Below are positions 1 through 11,076 of a stretch of DNA of 64,000 nucleotides, piece after piece; positions within the stretch are counted from its first letter, which is position 1; each line of letters begins with the position of its first letter. The stretch comes from Selaginella moellendorffii (lineage: Eukaryota; Plantae; Lycopodiophyta): positions 838,086 to 902,085 of the forward strand of contig NW_003314325.1 of assembly GCF_000143415.4 (NCBI RefSeq), given 5' to 3'. The notes below the pieces were generated by a model that saw nothing but the letters and a program-made list of their open reading frames with translations, was not told the DNA's origin and searched no databases. The position numbers and the translations under genes were made by a program.

Positions 1-17
1 AAAAAGCACTAGCTCAC

Positions 18-415
18 CTCATCGATCTTCGTCGCGAAGAGATTGAGCGATGTGAGAATCGCTCCATTCGGTCCGAGGCGGTACTCTTTCATCACATTCT
101 TGTAGTTGACAGTGTCACGGATGTCGATGTTACAGCCGTAAGGTACCGACGGCACCGCGGGATCGAGATTAAGAACGTAGGGCCGCTGCTTCATGGCGTG
201 GATCTCCCCGACAAGGCGCTGCATCAGCGTCGTCTTCCCACTGCCTACGCAAGGGAGGAGGAGAAAGAGGGAATTTCTCGGCCTGGTGGGAGAGCAATGC
301 ACTCACCGGCCATTCCGATGACGATCAGCACCACTGGCCTCTTGTCCGACACCTCCATTCTTTCCATCTTGTCGCGCACATCCTCCTCCTCCTCGTCCAT
401 TCGCTCCTCCTCCAT
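18..415 (-). CDS. GPN1: GPN-loop GTPase 1 (GPN1/XAB1/QQT2-like), 5' two exons (415-307, 244-18); continues off the left edge
   Basis: Spliced translation [17 protein letters not shown]...VLIVIGMA|[11 protein letters not shown]...VLNLDPAV...[34 protein letters not shown]; P-loop, GPN motif, GT-AG intron 306-245. Confidence 0.9.
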
Positions 416-420
416 CGCTA

Positions 421-470
421 AAACCCTAGACCTAAAAACCCAGATGACCTAAATCACAAGCTCTATAAAT
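421..470. promoter_or_regulatory. Compact divergent promoter: telo-box-like AAACCCTA (421-428) and TATAAAT (464-470)
   Basis: Motifs seen directly between the GPN1 ATG (415, -) and the Gly-rich gene ATG (499, +). Confidence 0.45.
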
Positions 471-498
471 CCAGCAAAGTTTCCTTTTAAAAACAGCC

Positions 499-927
499 AT
501 GGCTCAGGTCAAGATGTTAATGGTGGTGGTGGTGATGGTGGCGCTACTGTTGCTCGCAGAGGGAATTGAAGGAAGGAGAGATCCTCTAAGCAGGGGAGGT
601 GGAGGATCCAAAGGAGGCGATGGATCAAAAGGAAGCGGTGGAGGGTTGAAAGGAGGTGGTGGATCAAAAGGAAGCGGTGGAGGATCCAAAGGAAGCAGTG
701 GAGGATCGAAAGGAGGCGGTGGATCGAAAGGAAGCGGTGGAGGATCCAAAGGAAGCGGTGGAGGATCGAAAGGAGGCGGTGGATCAAAAGGAAGTGGTGG
801 AGGGATCTTCCCAAACTGCCCAGTCTGTTCACAAATCATATTTGACGACAGTGGTTCTTCTCGGTGCTCCGCCACCTCCACCGCCACTGCCATCGCTGCC
901 GCCGCCGCAGCTTTGGCTGTCCTGTAA
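499..927 (+). CDS. Secreted glycine/lysine-rich protein with GGGSK repeats and hydrophobic C-terminus (possible GPI anchor)
   Basis: N-terminal hydrophobic signal-peptide-like segment, about 10 GGGSK/GSGGGSK units, CPVC, C-terminal ATAIAAAAAALAVL; TATA box upstream. Confidence 0.65.
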   Translation: MAQVKMLMVVVVMVALLLLAEGIEGRRDPLSRGGGGSKGGDGSKGSGGGLKGGGGSKGSGGGSKGSSGGSKGGGGSKGSGGGSKGSGGGSKGGGGSKGSGGGIFPNCPVCSQIIFDDSGSSRCSATSTATAIAAAAAALAVL

Positions 928-1224
928 GGCTTGACATCTACTGTTTGAGTTAAAAAGTGTTGTTTTTTATTTTGGTAAGTCTCGCACTGACCATTCTCTC
1001 GAACCAACCTTCCACCACTGCCGTCCAGGCGATCGCATCACGCCCTGGAAGAGGCTTGGAGGAGCCTCTTAATCCTATCCAAGAGAAACTTTGGATTTTC
1101 AAGATGGTTTCTAGTGTCGTCCAAAAGATCTCGTTGCGGTGAGACATCTTTTTGAAGAGATCATTCGCGTCATATGCGCCGCCACCACGTCTTTCTTTGG
1201 GAGCTTCTCAAAGCCTCTAAAACG

Positions 1225-1372
1225 TCGATACCTCTTTTTGGCAAGCCATGCTACAGTTAATCGAGCCATGGGATTTTGGGAGGCTCTAGCGTTTCAATCA
1301 AGACAGGGATAACGCAAAGAGCTGCGTCGTCAAAGATATGGCGATTGGCTCTCTTTGGAAGACTCTGCTGCT
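1225..1372 (+). pseudogene. Degraded inverted relic of the last exon of the MBL-fold gene
   Basis: Reads QLIEPWDFGRL*..QDRDNAKSCVV..QRYGDWLSLEDSAA versus QLIEPWDFERLYGAFQDREIEENAKSCVV..QRYTDWLSLDDDAA at 4414-4560 (-). Confidence 0.75.
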
Positions 1373-1699
1373 CAAGTATCACAATTCTCGACTGGTATCA
1401 AAGTTAGTGAATGATATTAATGCGACTAAAACGTCAAACACTGGAATATGGATGGCAATGCAATGCCTCGGGAGATTCTGCTCAAGATGTATAAAGATGG
1501 TATCTGGGAGTTGAAGAGGCACAACTTGGTGTGCTACGTGAATTTGACAATGTGAGTCTTTTATATATGACACAAAAACACCCTCGTTCCCGGACCATGG
1601 TGCTTGACATGGAAGCCAAGAGCTTGCCGCCCTCGTCAGATCTTGCGACAATCCCAGCGATGGCTGCCGGATCCATGCCCAGATCCTTCACAGCGACCA

Positions 1700-2670
1700 C
1701 AAGAACAGCGTCTTCCTGCGAAATCTCCTCGTCCAGATGTATGGCCGCTGCGGCTGCCTGGAGAAAGCGCGATCGGTCTTCGATTCTACCTATCTCTTCT
1801 CTTGGAAGCAGGCGGTCCTGGGCGGCAAGAGATTGTGTCCAGCAACGCCATGATCTCGGCATACGCCGCGGCCGGGGACTCTTCGATCGCATCCCTGCCA
1901 AGAATTCCATCACCTGGAACGCGATGACCGAGATGTGCTCGCAGAGTGGCAATCTCGGCGAGGCGGAGGCGGCATAGCAAACCCTCGTGCCATGATCGTG
2001 GCATATGCCCATAACCGGCATCACTCACGCGCGCGTCGATTCCCTGGCCCAAAAGGACGTGCTGGCGTGGACGGCCATGATCTAAGGCCACTGCCAGAAT
2101 CAGCGGCTAGATGAAGCTAAAGCTCTTAGATAGAATGCGCACAAAGAATGTAGTAACATGGACGGCCATGATCACAGCATATGCCCAGGAAGGGCATATG
2201 GAGAAAGCAAAGAGTCTCTTTGAAAATGCCCCGGAACTTAATGAGGTGGAATTTACGGCTATGATCGACGGCTACGCATCTAATGGCGGCGTAGAAGAGG
2301 CTAAATGTGTTTTTGAGAGGCTGCCAGAAAAAGACGTGGTGGCTTGGAACTCCATGCTTTGTGCATATGCCGAGAATGGGCATTTGGACGAGGCACTAGA
2401 TTCCTTCCAAAAGATGGCTCACCGCAACGAGATCCCTTGGGCGACAATGATCTGCTCGTCTCTAGAAACCATCTTGAAAATGCATAGTTTATTTTTGATC
2501 AAATGCCTTACAATAGCAAGATGGCAAGTGCAGCACTCTTCTTGGCCGAAGAGCTCATCCACAGCATGAGTGTTGCTTGGGTCTTGCTACTGGCTGCTTG
2601 CCAGAAGATCCACAAAGATCCCAAATGTGGAGCTCCAGTTGCTGATAGACTCTCGGCATTGGGTTTGGCA
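1700..2670 (+). pseudogene. PLS-type PPR pseudogene (frameshifted, with E-domain-like remnant)
   Basis: Motifs LFDRIPAKNSITWNAM, NVVTWTAMITAYAQEGHMEKAKSLF, DVVAWNSMLCAYAENGHLDEAL, AWVLLLAACQKIH in different frames with stops. Confidence 0.8.
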
Positions 2671-2790
2671 CCATGGTTGAATTTCTATGGCCAGAATTAT
2701 GGTCTATTTACTAAAGTGTATTAACTTGATTTATAAAGATTATTTATGATTAAGCTTAAGCTTGCATTCTTTCTATATTTTTTTAGAGCA

Positions 2791-4215
2791 ATGAAGAGGA
2801 TGTGGGAGTATGAGGAGTGGAGTTTTGCAACACTTGACATCACCACCAAAACAAAGAACAAAAAGGTAAAGGTGACACACAATTCTTTGCTGTTACTACC
2901 AACTTTGGAGGAGAAATCCATGCTTGTGCTAGATATGGATGAAACACTAATTCATGCCCACAAGGCTACAGCATCCCTCAAGCTCCTCAGTGGGAAAATT
3001 ATTCTATTGAAGCGCTATGTTGTGGCAAACAGGCCAATCATGGATACATTTCTAAATGAGATGAGTAAGATATATGAGATTGTGATTTTTACTCGAGCGG
3101 TGAAGCCATATGTGGACAAGATCTTAGATAGGCTCAACCCAACTGGGAATCTTTTTGTCCATCACTTCTATAGAGATTCGTGCTCAACTAAGGTAAATCA
3201 CAATTATTTTCTTTCCAATTTACTAGTTTACCTCGTATATCCAAACACCATGGCCTTGGCCTTAGTTAAATTCCCTTGCTAAAGTTTTTGCTTATTGTAC
3301 TAATTTCTACTTTGTCCTACTTGGTTTCAGCAACTCACTTCACAAACAACAGAGCATTAACCATCCATTAACAGATTCCCAAATTTTCTTTTAATCCCCC
3401 TCCCTGAGTTAAATTGAACTTAAGGTCCCCACATGCACAAGTAGCTAAACACACTAAACCTCTAAGTTTTTAACATCTTTTGGTATAACAAAACTTGATC
3501 ATAGGACTTTTTAAAATCCCAAGCTTTGGGTACAACACTTGTTTTGGGGCACCAAGGGAAAACACTATGGTATAATAGCTCAGTATAAATGCCTTTACTC
3601 CCCCACTTCCATCCTGAAGGGAAAGCTTAAGCCTTTAAGAAGGGGCAAGGACTAATGAACTATAAAGTATTTAAGTGGGGCACCACTCCATATAAGCAAA
3701 GAGCACTATAGTTGGACCTGACCTCGGACTCTATCTTAGGCTCGATTTCAAACTTGATCTTGGATCTTAGACTTGGTCTCAGACCTGATCTTGGATCTTA
3801 GGCTCAGTTTCGAACTCAATTTTAAAGTCAATTTTGGACTTGATATTGGACTTTGTCTCGAACTTGGTTTCGGAGTCAATCTTGGACTTGATATTAGACT
3901 TGGTTTTGAACTCAGTCTCAGAGTCAGTTTCAAACTCAATCTCAAACTCGGTCTCATCCAATAAATTCTTTATCATTTTAGTTGTGCTTTTGGGGATTCT
4001 TTAGCTTATAACACCTTAGGGAGTTGATTCTTTACGATTCCACTAGAAAGGTTGTGAAAAATCTTTCAAGATTAAAGTGGGACCTCAGACACATGGTGAT
4101 TATGGATGATAAGCCAAAGTCTGAAATTGTCATCCATGCATTAAAAAATAGAAAAGGGCATAAATATGATGAATTGAAGATCTACATAAGAAAATTGCAA
4201 GAGTTGAAAATGTAA
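2791..4215 (+). pseudogene. SCP1/NIF (FCP1-like HAD) phosphatase pseudogene split by an approximately 850-bp insertion
   Basis: LVLDMDETLIH (DxDxT), RP..DTFLNEMSKIYEIVIFT..KPYVDKILDRL..YRDSC (to about 3192), resuming at about 4045 as KVVKNLSRLKWDLRHMVIMDDKP. Confidence 0.75.
3712..3957. repeat. Degenerate 6/12-nt periodic tandem repeat inside the phosphatase insertion
   Basis: Recurrent CTTGGACTTGAT/CTTGGATCTTAG/CTCAGTTTCGAA units; explains the low-complexity ORFs on both strands. Confidence 0.7.
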
Positions 4216-4413
4216 GACAACCATTGAAGAAGCTAAAAGGTTAGACAAAAGATCTTATAAAAAAAACTCATGTATCCATTGCATATGCTGTAACGCTAAA
4301 TTGATTGTGGCATTGTTTCCCTCGCGAAAACAAATGTCCAATTTAAACTTTGGAAACAATGTCATGGCAAATCATAATCAGAAAAGCATCTCGAGTTTCA
4401 GTCTGATTAATAC

Positions 4414-5473
4414 TTAAGCAGCATCATCATCCAAAGATAGCCAATCAGTATACCTTTGCAGAGAGAATACGACGCAGCTCTTTGCATTTTCTTCAATCTC
4501 TCTGTCCTGAAATGCACCGTAGAGCCTCTCAAAATCCCATGGCTCGATTAACTGGCCTATCCTTTTAGCGTGGCTCGACGAGAGTGGTATATAGTTTGGG
4601 TACGATCTCATTATGCTCACTGTTTTGTTGTCCATCCCCACCTACAAATCAAACATGGAGTGAGGAAAAAAAACGAAAACAAAGTTTGTAAACAAGAGAA
4701 GTTTATACCTGTAAGATATCTCCAGTGAATAAAACACCCCTCCCCTGCGCTCCATGAGACCAGTGGAGGATTTGAGCACCAGCAAAATGGCCACCTAAAT
4801 GTAAAAGCGTGACTCCCTCCCATAGCTGGAATGTTTTGCCCTTCCAGAACTTTACGTTTTCGTGCTGGTAAACCACCCATTTCTTATCCCTGCCATAGTA
4901 TCAATACAGAGAAATCGAAATGAAAGAGAGAAACAAAGGTAGACAATACCATTCGTGGATATAAACCGGGACACCTCCAAAAGCCTCGCTCCATCGAGAG
5001 TTTGTGCTGTAGTAATGCGGGTGAGAGATGGCAATCGCTCTCAATCCACCTAGCGACTTGATTATCTCCACTGTGGCATCGTCTAGAAATGAGATGCAGT
5101 CCCACAGTATGTTTCCCTCTATCAAAAACATAAAAACCATAAAAAATGCACAACGGCCATAGCTCCAAACATACCTTGAGTCTGGATGAGAAACGCACGC
5201 TGTCCAATGCCAAACTTTGGAAAGGTTATGATCTCGAAGACCTGCGGCTCATGCTTCTTGAAACCATTGCGAAACTGCAATCTCATCTTGCTCATGGACG
5301 TCCATACCTGGCCTTCCCTAAAACTAAAAGTCAGAGGGCAAAAATCTTAGATGGGCATACCTTGGAACGAACTGGCGATCATCGGAGCAAATAATACACG
5401 ACGAAGGCGGGCCTTGGGAGGATGTTGGAGGGAACTCCACCCCACAAGTCTTTCAAATATGACCATCCGCCAT
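4414..5473 (-). CDS. Metallo-beta-lactamase-fold hydrolase with N-terminal CxxC..CxxC; 5 exons (5473-5361, 5317-5175, 5118-4950, 4889-4709, 4641-4414); single in-frame TGA at codon 7
   Basis: Spliced product MADGHI*KTCGVEFP..CIICSDDRQFVPREGQVWT..FGIGQRAFLIQTQEGNILWDC..IAISHPHYY..VYIHE..LGGHFAG..LFTGDILQV..MRSYPNYIPL..FERLYGAF; all splice sites GT-AG and in phase. Confidence 0.85.
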
Positions 5474-6484
5474 AAAATGCCTGCCCCAATTTTGTTACAA
5501 ATTACAATACTGCTAAATACCTCTAGGATTTCCGAGAAAACATCACGTATGGAGCGTGTGCCTCCATAAGTTTGAAATCCGAGAGTGTTAACAAGGATTC
5601 TCGTGGTGTCTTTGTAGAAAGCAATAACGCCGTCCATTGCTTAGAAACCTTAGGAGATAACCAAGATCCCAGTAGAAGGACAAACTTCTTAAAACTCGAG
5701 GAGAAAGATTGACAGACCTTGAGATCCTCTGGAGGTATTAGCTTGTGGATGATTTGGAGGTGGAGCAGAACCTGAGGTCAGACTTGCTTACTATCACTCG
5801 TGTGTCCAAGCCTCCTGTTTGAGCAGTGTTGGACGCTCCATTGAAGCAAGTGCATATAACACGGTTAAAGACGTTTCTTACTGGAAAGCCATCGGTATAG
5901 AGCAGCTGATTGGGGACGACTATCAGCTAGAATGCAGCGTATTTGGAGGGATCCAGTCTCTATGGCCACCTATTTTTCACTCGTTTAGTTCTCTCCAAAA
6001 TATAAATGACTTTTCTTGTGATGGTCTTAGGACAGTCGTCCGAATCGTATAGTAGATGTGCATTTCATGTAGACGATGTTTCCATAAGTATGGATAGTGT
6101 TTTCCTTTTGGAAAGTGCTGGTTTGTCCGATCATCACAACCGTGACAACATAACCGAAAACTCTTTTGGCTGTGAAACAACTGGAAAAGAAGAAACAAGA
6201 AGAGAGCAAACGGAAAAAGAGCTTACCGGATAGGATGGATCTTGCACTGCCACTGAGACGCTCAACCCAAACGTAAGCTCTGCAAACATTAGGAGATGAT
6301 ATCCTTTTGATCCATCGCCCGGAAAACGAGCCTACAGTCTCCCGGGGAAAGTTGTGTCCAGGAAGACGAGTTTGGCTCCATCGTGCATAACAGTGGACTA
6401 CATAAAGACAAGATGATAAAGCTGTCAATTCACTCGCTGAAACATACCGAGTTCCAAACCAATGAAAACACAGAAAGAAGAAGT

Positions 6485-6517
6485 ACCCACACTACGCACC
6501 CCCGACTGATGGAGTAG
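6485..6517 (+). pseudogene. Short relic of PSY-like peptide gene 3' end
   Basis: ACCCACACTACGCACCCCCG (20/20) followed by ACTGATGGA matches the NPHYAPPPLMG* end of the genes at 38572 and 62828. Confidence 0.5.
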
Positions 6518-6674
6518 AATTTTTGTTCTTTGAAGTTTGAATTTTTTCTTTGTAGCATCTTTGCCAGAACGCGAGCAGTTTTCTAGCTCTGAATAGGTTG
6601 CTCGCGTCTGCTCCGAAAATCACGCATTTAAGATTAAGATTAGTTGCAGCACAACCACTTGAAAAGTTGATGAA

Positions 6675-6699
6675 TGCGGTGAGCGTGGATCGAACACGC

Positions 6700-6742
<43 letters not shown>

Positions 6743-6747
6743 CCCGC
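6675..6747 (-). tRNA. tRNA-Phe(GAA), intact
   Basis: GCGGGGATAGCTCAGTTGGGAGAGCGTCAGACTGAAGATCTGAAGGTCGCGTGTTCGATCCACGCTCACCGCA: 73 nt cloverleaf, canonical plant cytosolic tRNA-Phe, T4 run downstream. Confidence 0.97.
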
Positions 6748-7882
6748 TTGAGCTTAATAACATTAGTCCAATTCACAGCAGTTCTTCTTTGTGACGCTCG
6801 AACTCCGGAGGATCCACTCCCAGATGTTGTACAGCGGCTACTCTAACGAGTTCCTCTTCAATCTCCTCCTAGTATCTGTGGGATCTTCTAATGACAAGGA
6901 GGACGGAGGAGGCAATAACGTTTTCAGATGAGATTTCCTGGGGCAGCTCCAAGCAGTAGATGCGCGCGGCGTCTTCTCCGTGATCGCCCCAATCTATTGT
7001 GATCGAAGCCAAAACGGGCATCTGGATTAAGCTCAGTATGAGAATCAAATGATCATTGCCTACGCGTGCTTGGCGAGTGAAAGAGGCTAAAAGTTTGTTT
7101 GGTTGAATTCTGGAAAGTAGTGAATCAGATGATAAACAGCATTTGCCTCGAACCGCCATCTGGACGAACTTGGATATCTGTTCCGCTTTGCGCTTCAAAG
7201 ACTTACTATAAGAACAGGAGCTTTTTCTGTTCTGTTGTTTTTCTTTTTGGAATTTTCTTTTTTCTATTCAATTCACTTTCAAATTGAATCAGATGAAAGT
7301 TCCAGGGATTGTGGAATTGAGTCAGTTTTTACTTTTTACCTTTTTATATTTTCTTTCTTTAGCCGGCATTCCAGTCAGTACTGTTATGAGACGTTCCCAG
7401 CACCGAGCTCGCGTCGCGGGGCCATTCGGTGTGCACGTACTCGCATCCGGCGACATGCAAAGACTTGAAGCTCCTGCAACGTTCTCGCGAAGCCCGTAAC
7501 AAGTTCTCCCGATGACATGCCTGACTTTCTGTGTCGATGTTCGTCACTTGCAACTCATCGCTAGCCTCTGATTTAAAGGGTGTTACGGCAGCGCAGTGAG
7601 GCTTTCAAACCGGCTGCAGCCTTGGTCTTAATTGCTAGGGCCTCCATGCGTCAAGATTTTGAGGCTGTCACGAGTATTATTTGATGCTTCGTTGCTTTTG
7701 CTCCTAAGAGCAGATCAAAGCGACAAATCTTTGGATCTGCAGGTGGCGTTTTATTCTCCACAGAAGGAACCCACCTGGAGAGTTCAGCCCTCGACGCATG
7801 GATGCCTCAGGAACCGGCGCTTGTCTCAAGGCATGCAATGGGAGGCATCTAAATAGCAGAGGCTCTACATTGGTTGCCTAGA

Positions 7883-10089
7883 ATGGCGCACTGTCTGCAC
7901 TGCGTAGCGATTCCAAGTTCAACGTTTAGGAAGCTTGGCATCAGTGACATCCCCACGAAGAAAATCCCGCTCGGGAGATGGAGTAAAAATACCGCAAGGT
8001 GTACGCTGCAGACTGAGAAGCAGGTAAGGGTCGATTTGTGGTTTTCCTGGGTTCATGTGGCTCAATTGTTCAGTGTATTGTATTAGGGATCTACGCCTTC
8101 CACAGGCAAGGGTGCAGTACCAGGTGTTCGAGATACAGTATGGGACCAAAAGCAGCTTGCTGTGCCAAGCAACCCGAAGCTTCAGCAGAACACGCATGCA
8201 GATGTCGTTGTGGTTGGAGGAGGAATCGCTGGCATAAGCGTAGCCTACAATCTTGCCAAAGCTGGCAAACAGGTTGTAGTCTTGGAGGCTCGTGCGATAG
8301 GTGAGTTTCGTTTGTGCTATTGTTCACTTATAGCAACAGAAAACTTTAGGAAGCGGCCAAACGGGCAAGACAACTGCACATCTTATGCCATGGTTTGATG
8401 ACTACTACTTCGAAGCAGAGAGCACCCTCGGGAGTGATAAATTGAACCTCATTGCTGATGCACAACATGGCTCGATTGATTGGATAGAGAATGTCGTCAA
8501 GGAAGAGGGTATTGAATGCAATTTTAGAAGACTTCCAGGGTACCTTGTGCCAGTTGAAGACGACCAACAGAATGCTGAAAAACTCCGTAAGGTAGAGACC
8601 AAGCATGTTTTGTGGACCTGATTTTCTGATCACCCGGGTTGATTCCAGGAGTACGAAGCATGCAAACGAGCGGGTTTAAATGACGTGCGGCTCGAGGATT
8701 TGAAACACGATCCCAAAAACGGAAATTTTGGCATGGCCCTTGTCTTTCCAAACGCGGGGGAGTTCCAGCCGATATTGTAAGCCCGTTTCTTCCCCTTTCA
8801 TTGCTTTGCACGAGCTGAAACACACCTTCTGGAAAGGTATGTCAAGGGGCTGGCAGAGGCAGCCAAGAAGCATGGAGCTCAAATCTTCGAGCAGACATCA
8901 GTCGTTCAACATGAAGGGACCAAAGTCGTAACGGACGGAGGTCACACCGTCACAGCCAAGGCTCTCGTCTTAGCTACAAACTCCCCCATCAACAAAAACT
9001 TGGCAATTCATGCTCGACAGTACGCACGACGAAGCTACGTGGTTGGCCTCAAAGTTCCCAAGGGAGCTATCAAGTAAGAAATTGCTTTTTCTTTGAATAC
9101 TATAGAGGTGTGTTTTTTCCTACAGCCGCGCCTCATGGTGGGATACAGCCTCTCCTTACCATTACGTAAGGCTTGAGGACAAGGACGACTATGAAGTCTT
9201 GGTCGTTGGTGGAGAGGATCACAAAGTTGGAATTGAGCCGAATCAATACTTGGACCGGCATGGCAGTCTAGAGGCATGGGCTCGTTCTCACTGGCCTGCA
9301 GCTCAGGAGCTACTGTACAAGTGGTCTGGCCAGGTTGGTCTGAGATTGGTGAACAAGTCTAACTTGTTTCATTTTACTAGGTCTATATGCCATCAGATTT
9401 CCTCCATCTACACGGTCATGATCCATTGAACACCGAGAATGTTTATGTTGCGACCGGTGAGTGTTGCCCGTTCTTAGACAAATGTTTGTGTTTACGGATT
9501 CGAGTATGTTTGATTCAGGTGACAGCGGCCAGGGAATGACTGGTGGCACTATAGCTGGTGTAGTGATTTCGAATTCGATTCTCGGACACAAGCACAGATG
9601 GGGCGACCTCTTTGATCCTTCTCGGTTCCCTCCGGCTTCACTGACCTCGGCCCAAATGCTTGCCCAAGAAGTCGGGGAGAATATTGAGGTAACTTCTGTT
9701 TTCACTCGGATTAAGTTCAAGCTCCTGACACTTCATTACAGGGTTTTAAAAACGTCCTCCCGGGACAAGGACTGACGAAGCTCACCGTGGACAGCATCCT
9801 ACTTGACGAGGGAGCTATCATCCAAGAAGGATTGAACAAAGAAGCAGTATATAGAGACTCTTCAGGGAACGTGCAGAGATATTCCGGTATGGAAGAAACG
9901 CTCCTTTCATGTTCTAAAAGTTTACAATTTCTCTGCACAGCTATATGTCCGCACTTAGGCTGCGCCGTCAAGTGGAACCCGAGCGATAAGACGTTCGACT
10001 GCCCTTGCCATGGATCGCAGTTTGATGCACAGGGTGTGGTCGTAAACGGACCTTCTCCAACAAACTTGACTCCAATGTCCTACAACTGA
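7883..10089 (+). CDS. FAD-dependent oxidoreductase (DAO family) fused to C-terminal Rieske [2Fe-2S] domain, YhfW-like; 10 exons, putative N-terminal transit peptide
   Basis: [11 protein letters not shown] (GxGxxG), [49 protein letters not shown]...[10 protein letters not shown]; nine GT-AG introns give a continuous frame. Confidence 0.9.
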
Positions 10090-11076
10090 GGAACACACAA
10101 CGATTTTGTAACCCGGCGGCTATGAAACTCCTGTTCATATAAATAATGAAAGATGGAGCAGGAATCATTTTCAAACCTGCCAGTGATTTCCTCATGGAAA
10201 TCCATTCTCGTCGCACCACTTACCCTTAGCCTGGTGTTGTCACAAAAGTTGAAACTGAACTAAGAACAGCGAGGAACTTACGACTGGAATCGGACTAAAC
10301 CCGTGGCTGTTGTACTGAACTGCTTTGGAATTTCCTCTGGAGCGAAGATCTTTTAGTGGGACGATGTTGCTTAGTGGACATGGTTGATGTCCGATCATAT
10401 GGTATGGTTTCCACGCTGAGACCAGCCTGGTTCTTCTTCGAGAGTGCATCAGTCCACAAATCAACTTGGACTACGAGCGGCAGTTTTGCATGTCAAGGCT
10501 CGATACATCCTTCACCGCGTCTTCGACACAGCCACCAAACCAGTCTACCGGATAGATTGGCACGCTCAAGCCGATTTCTCCGCAACCTTTCTTACAGATG
10601 GGATAAGGTAAGGAGTCCGTGGTGATATACGAAAAACAATCTTTTTTGTAGATCCTGCTGCAAATGCCGATATAGTAGCGTCGTTGATTGGTGACAATCA
10701 GTTTTCCGTCTCAGAAAATGTCAGCGTATGGCAGCGAAACATCAGGAAACAGAATACTTGGAAGCTTGTCACCTGCATTTCTTTTTTAAAGTTAACAGCT
10801 TTGAAGCACAACCTGGATGCACGTAGTATCCTCCTGGCATCCACATGAGCAGCGACTGCACCTTGAGCAAGCTTCCAGATCCAGCCAAGCTCGAAAACAT
10901 TTGTCGCAGATGAATCACAGGTTGCCAAAACTAGTTTCTTACCATCCGCCCAGGAAAGCGCAACATCGGCCAAACGACTAGTGATGATAACATGAGGCCG
11001 ACATTGCTGTAGCACCTGGACGATTGCAGCTAGAACCCTGTTGTCAACTAGTGACATCGGGTACAAATCAAGTCAT

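Noticed and set aside
504-1007. Pro-rich ORF on the minus strand (FDPPPP repeats)
   Set aside because: Antisense shadow of the GGGSK repeat; the + strand has the signal peptide and TATA box.
3712-3957. CRISPR-like or coding repeat
   Set aside because: No repeat-spacer structure; short-period degenerate tandem repeat in a eukaryotic context.
4414-10089. Bacterial contamination as the source of the prokaryote-like genes
   Set aside because: Both have multiple spliceosomal introns and sit among plant genes.
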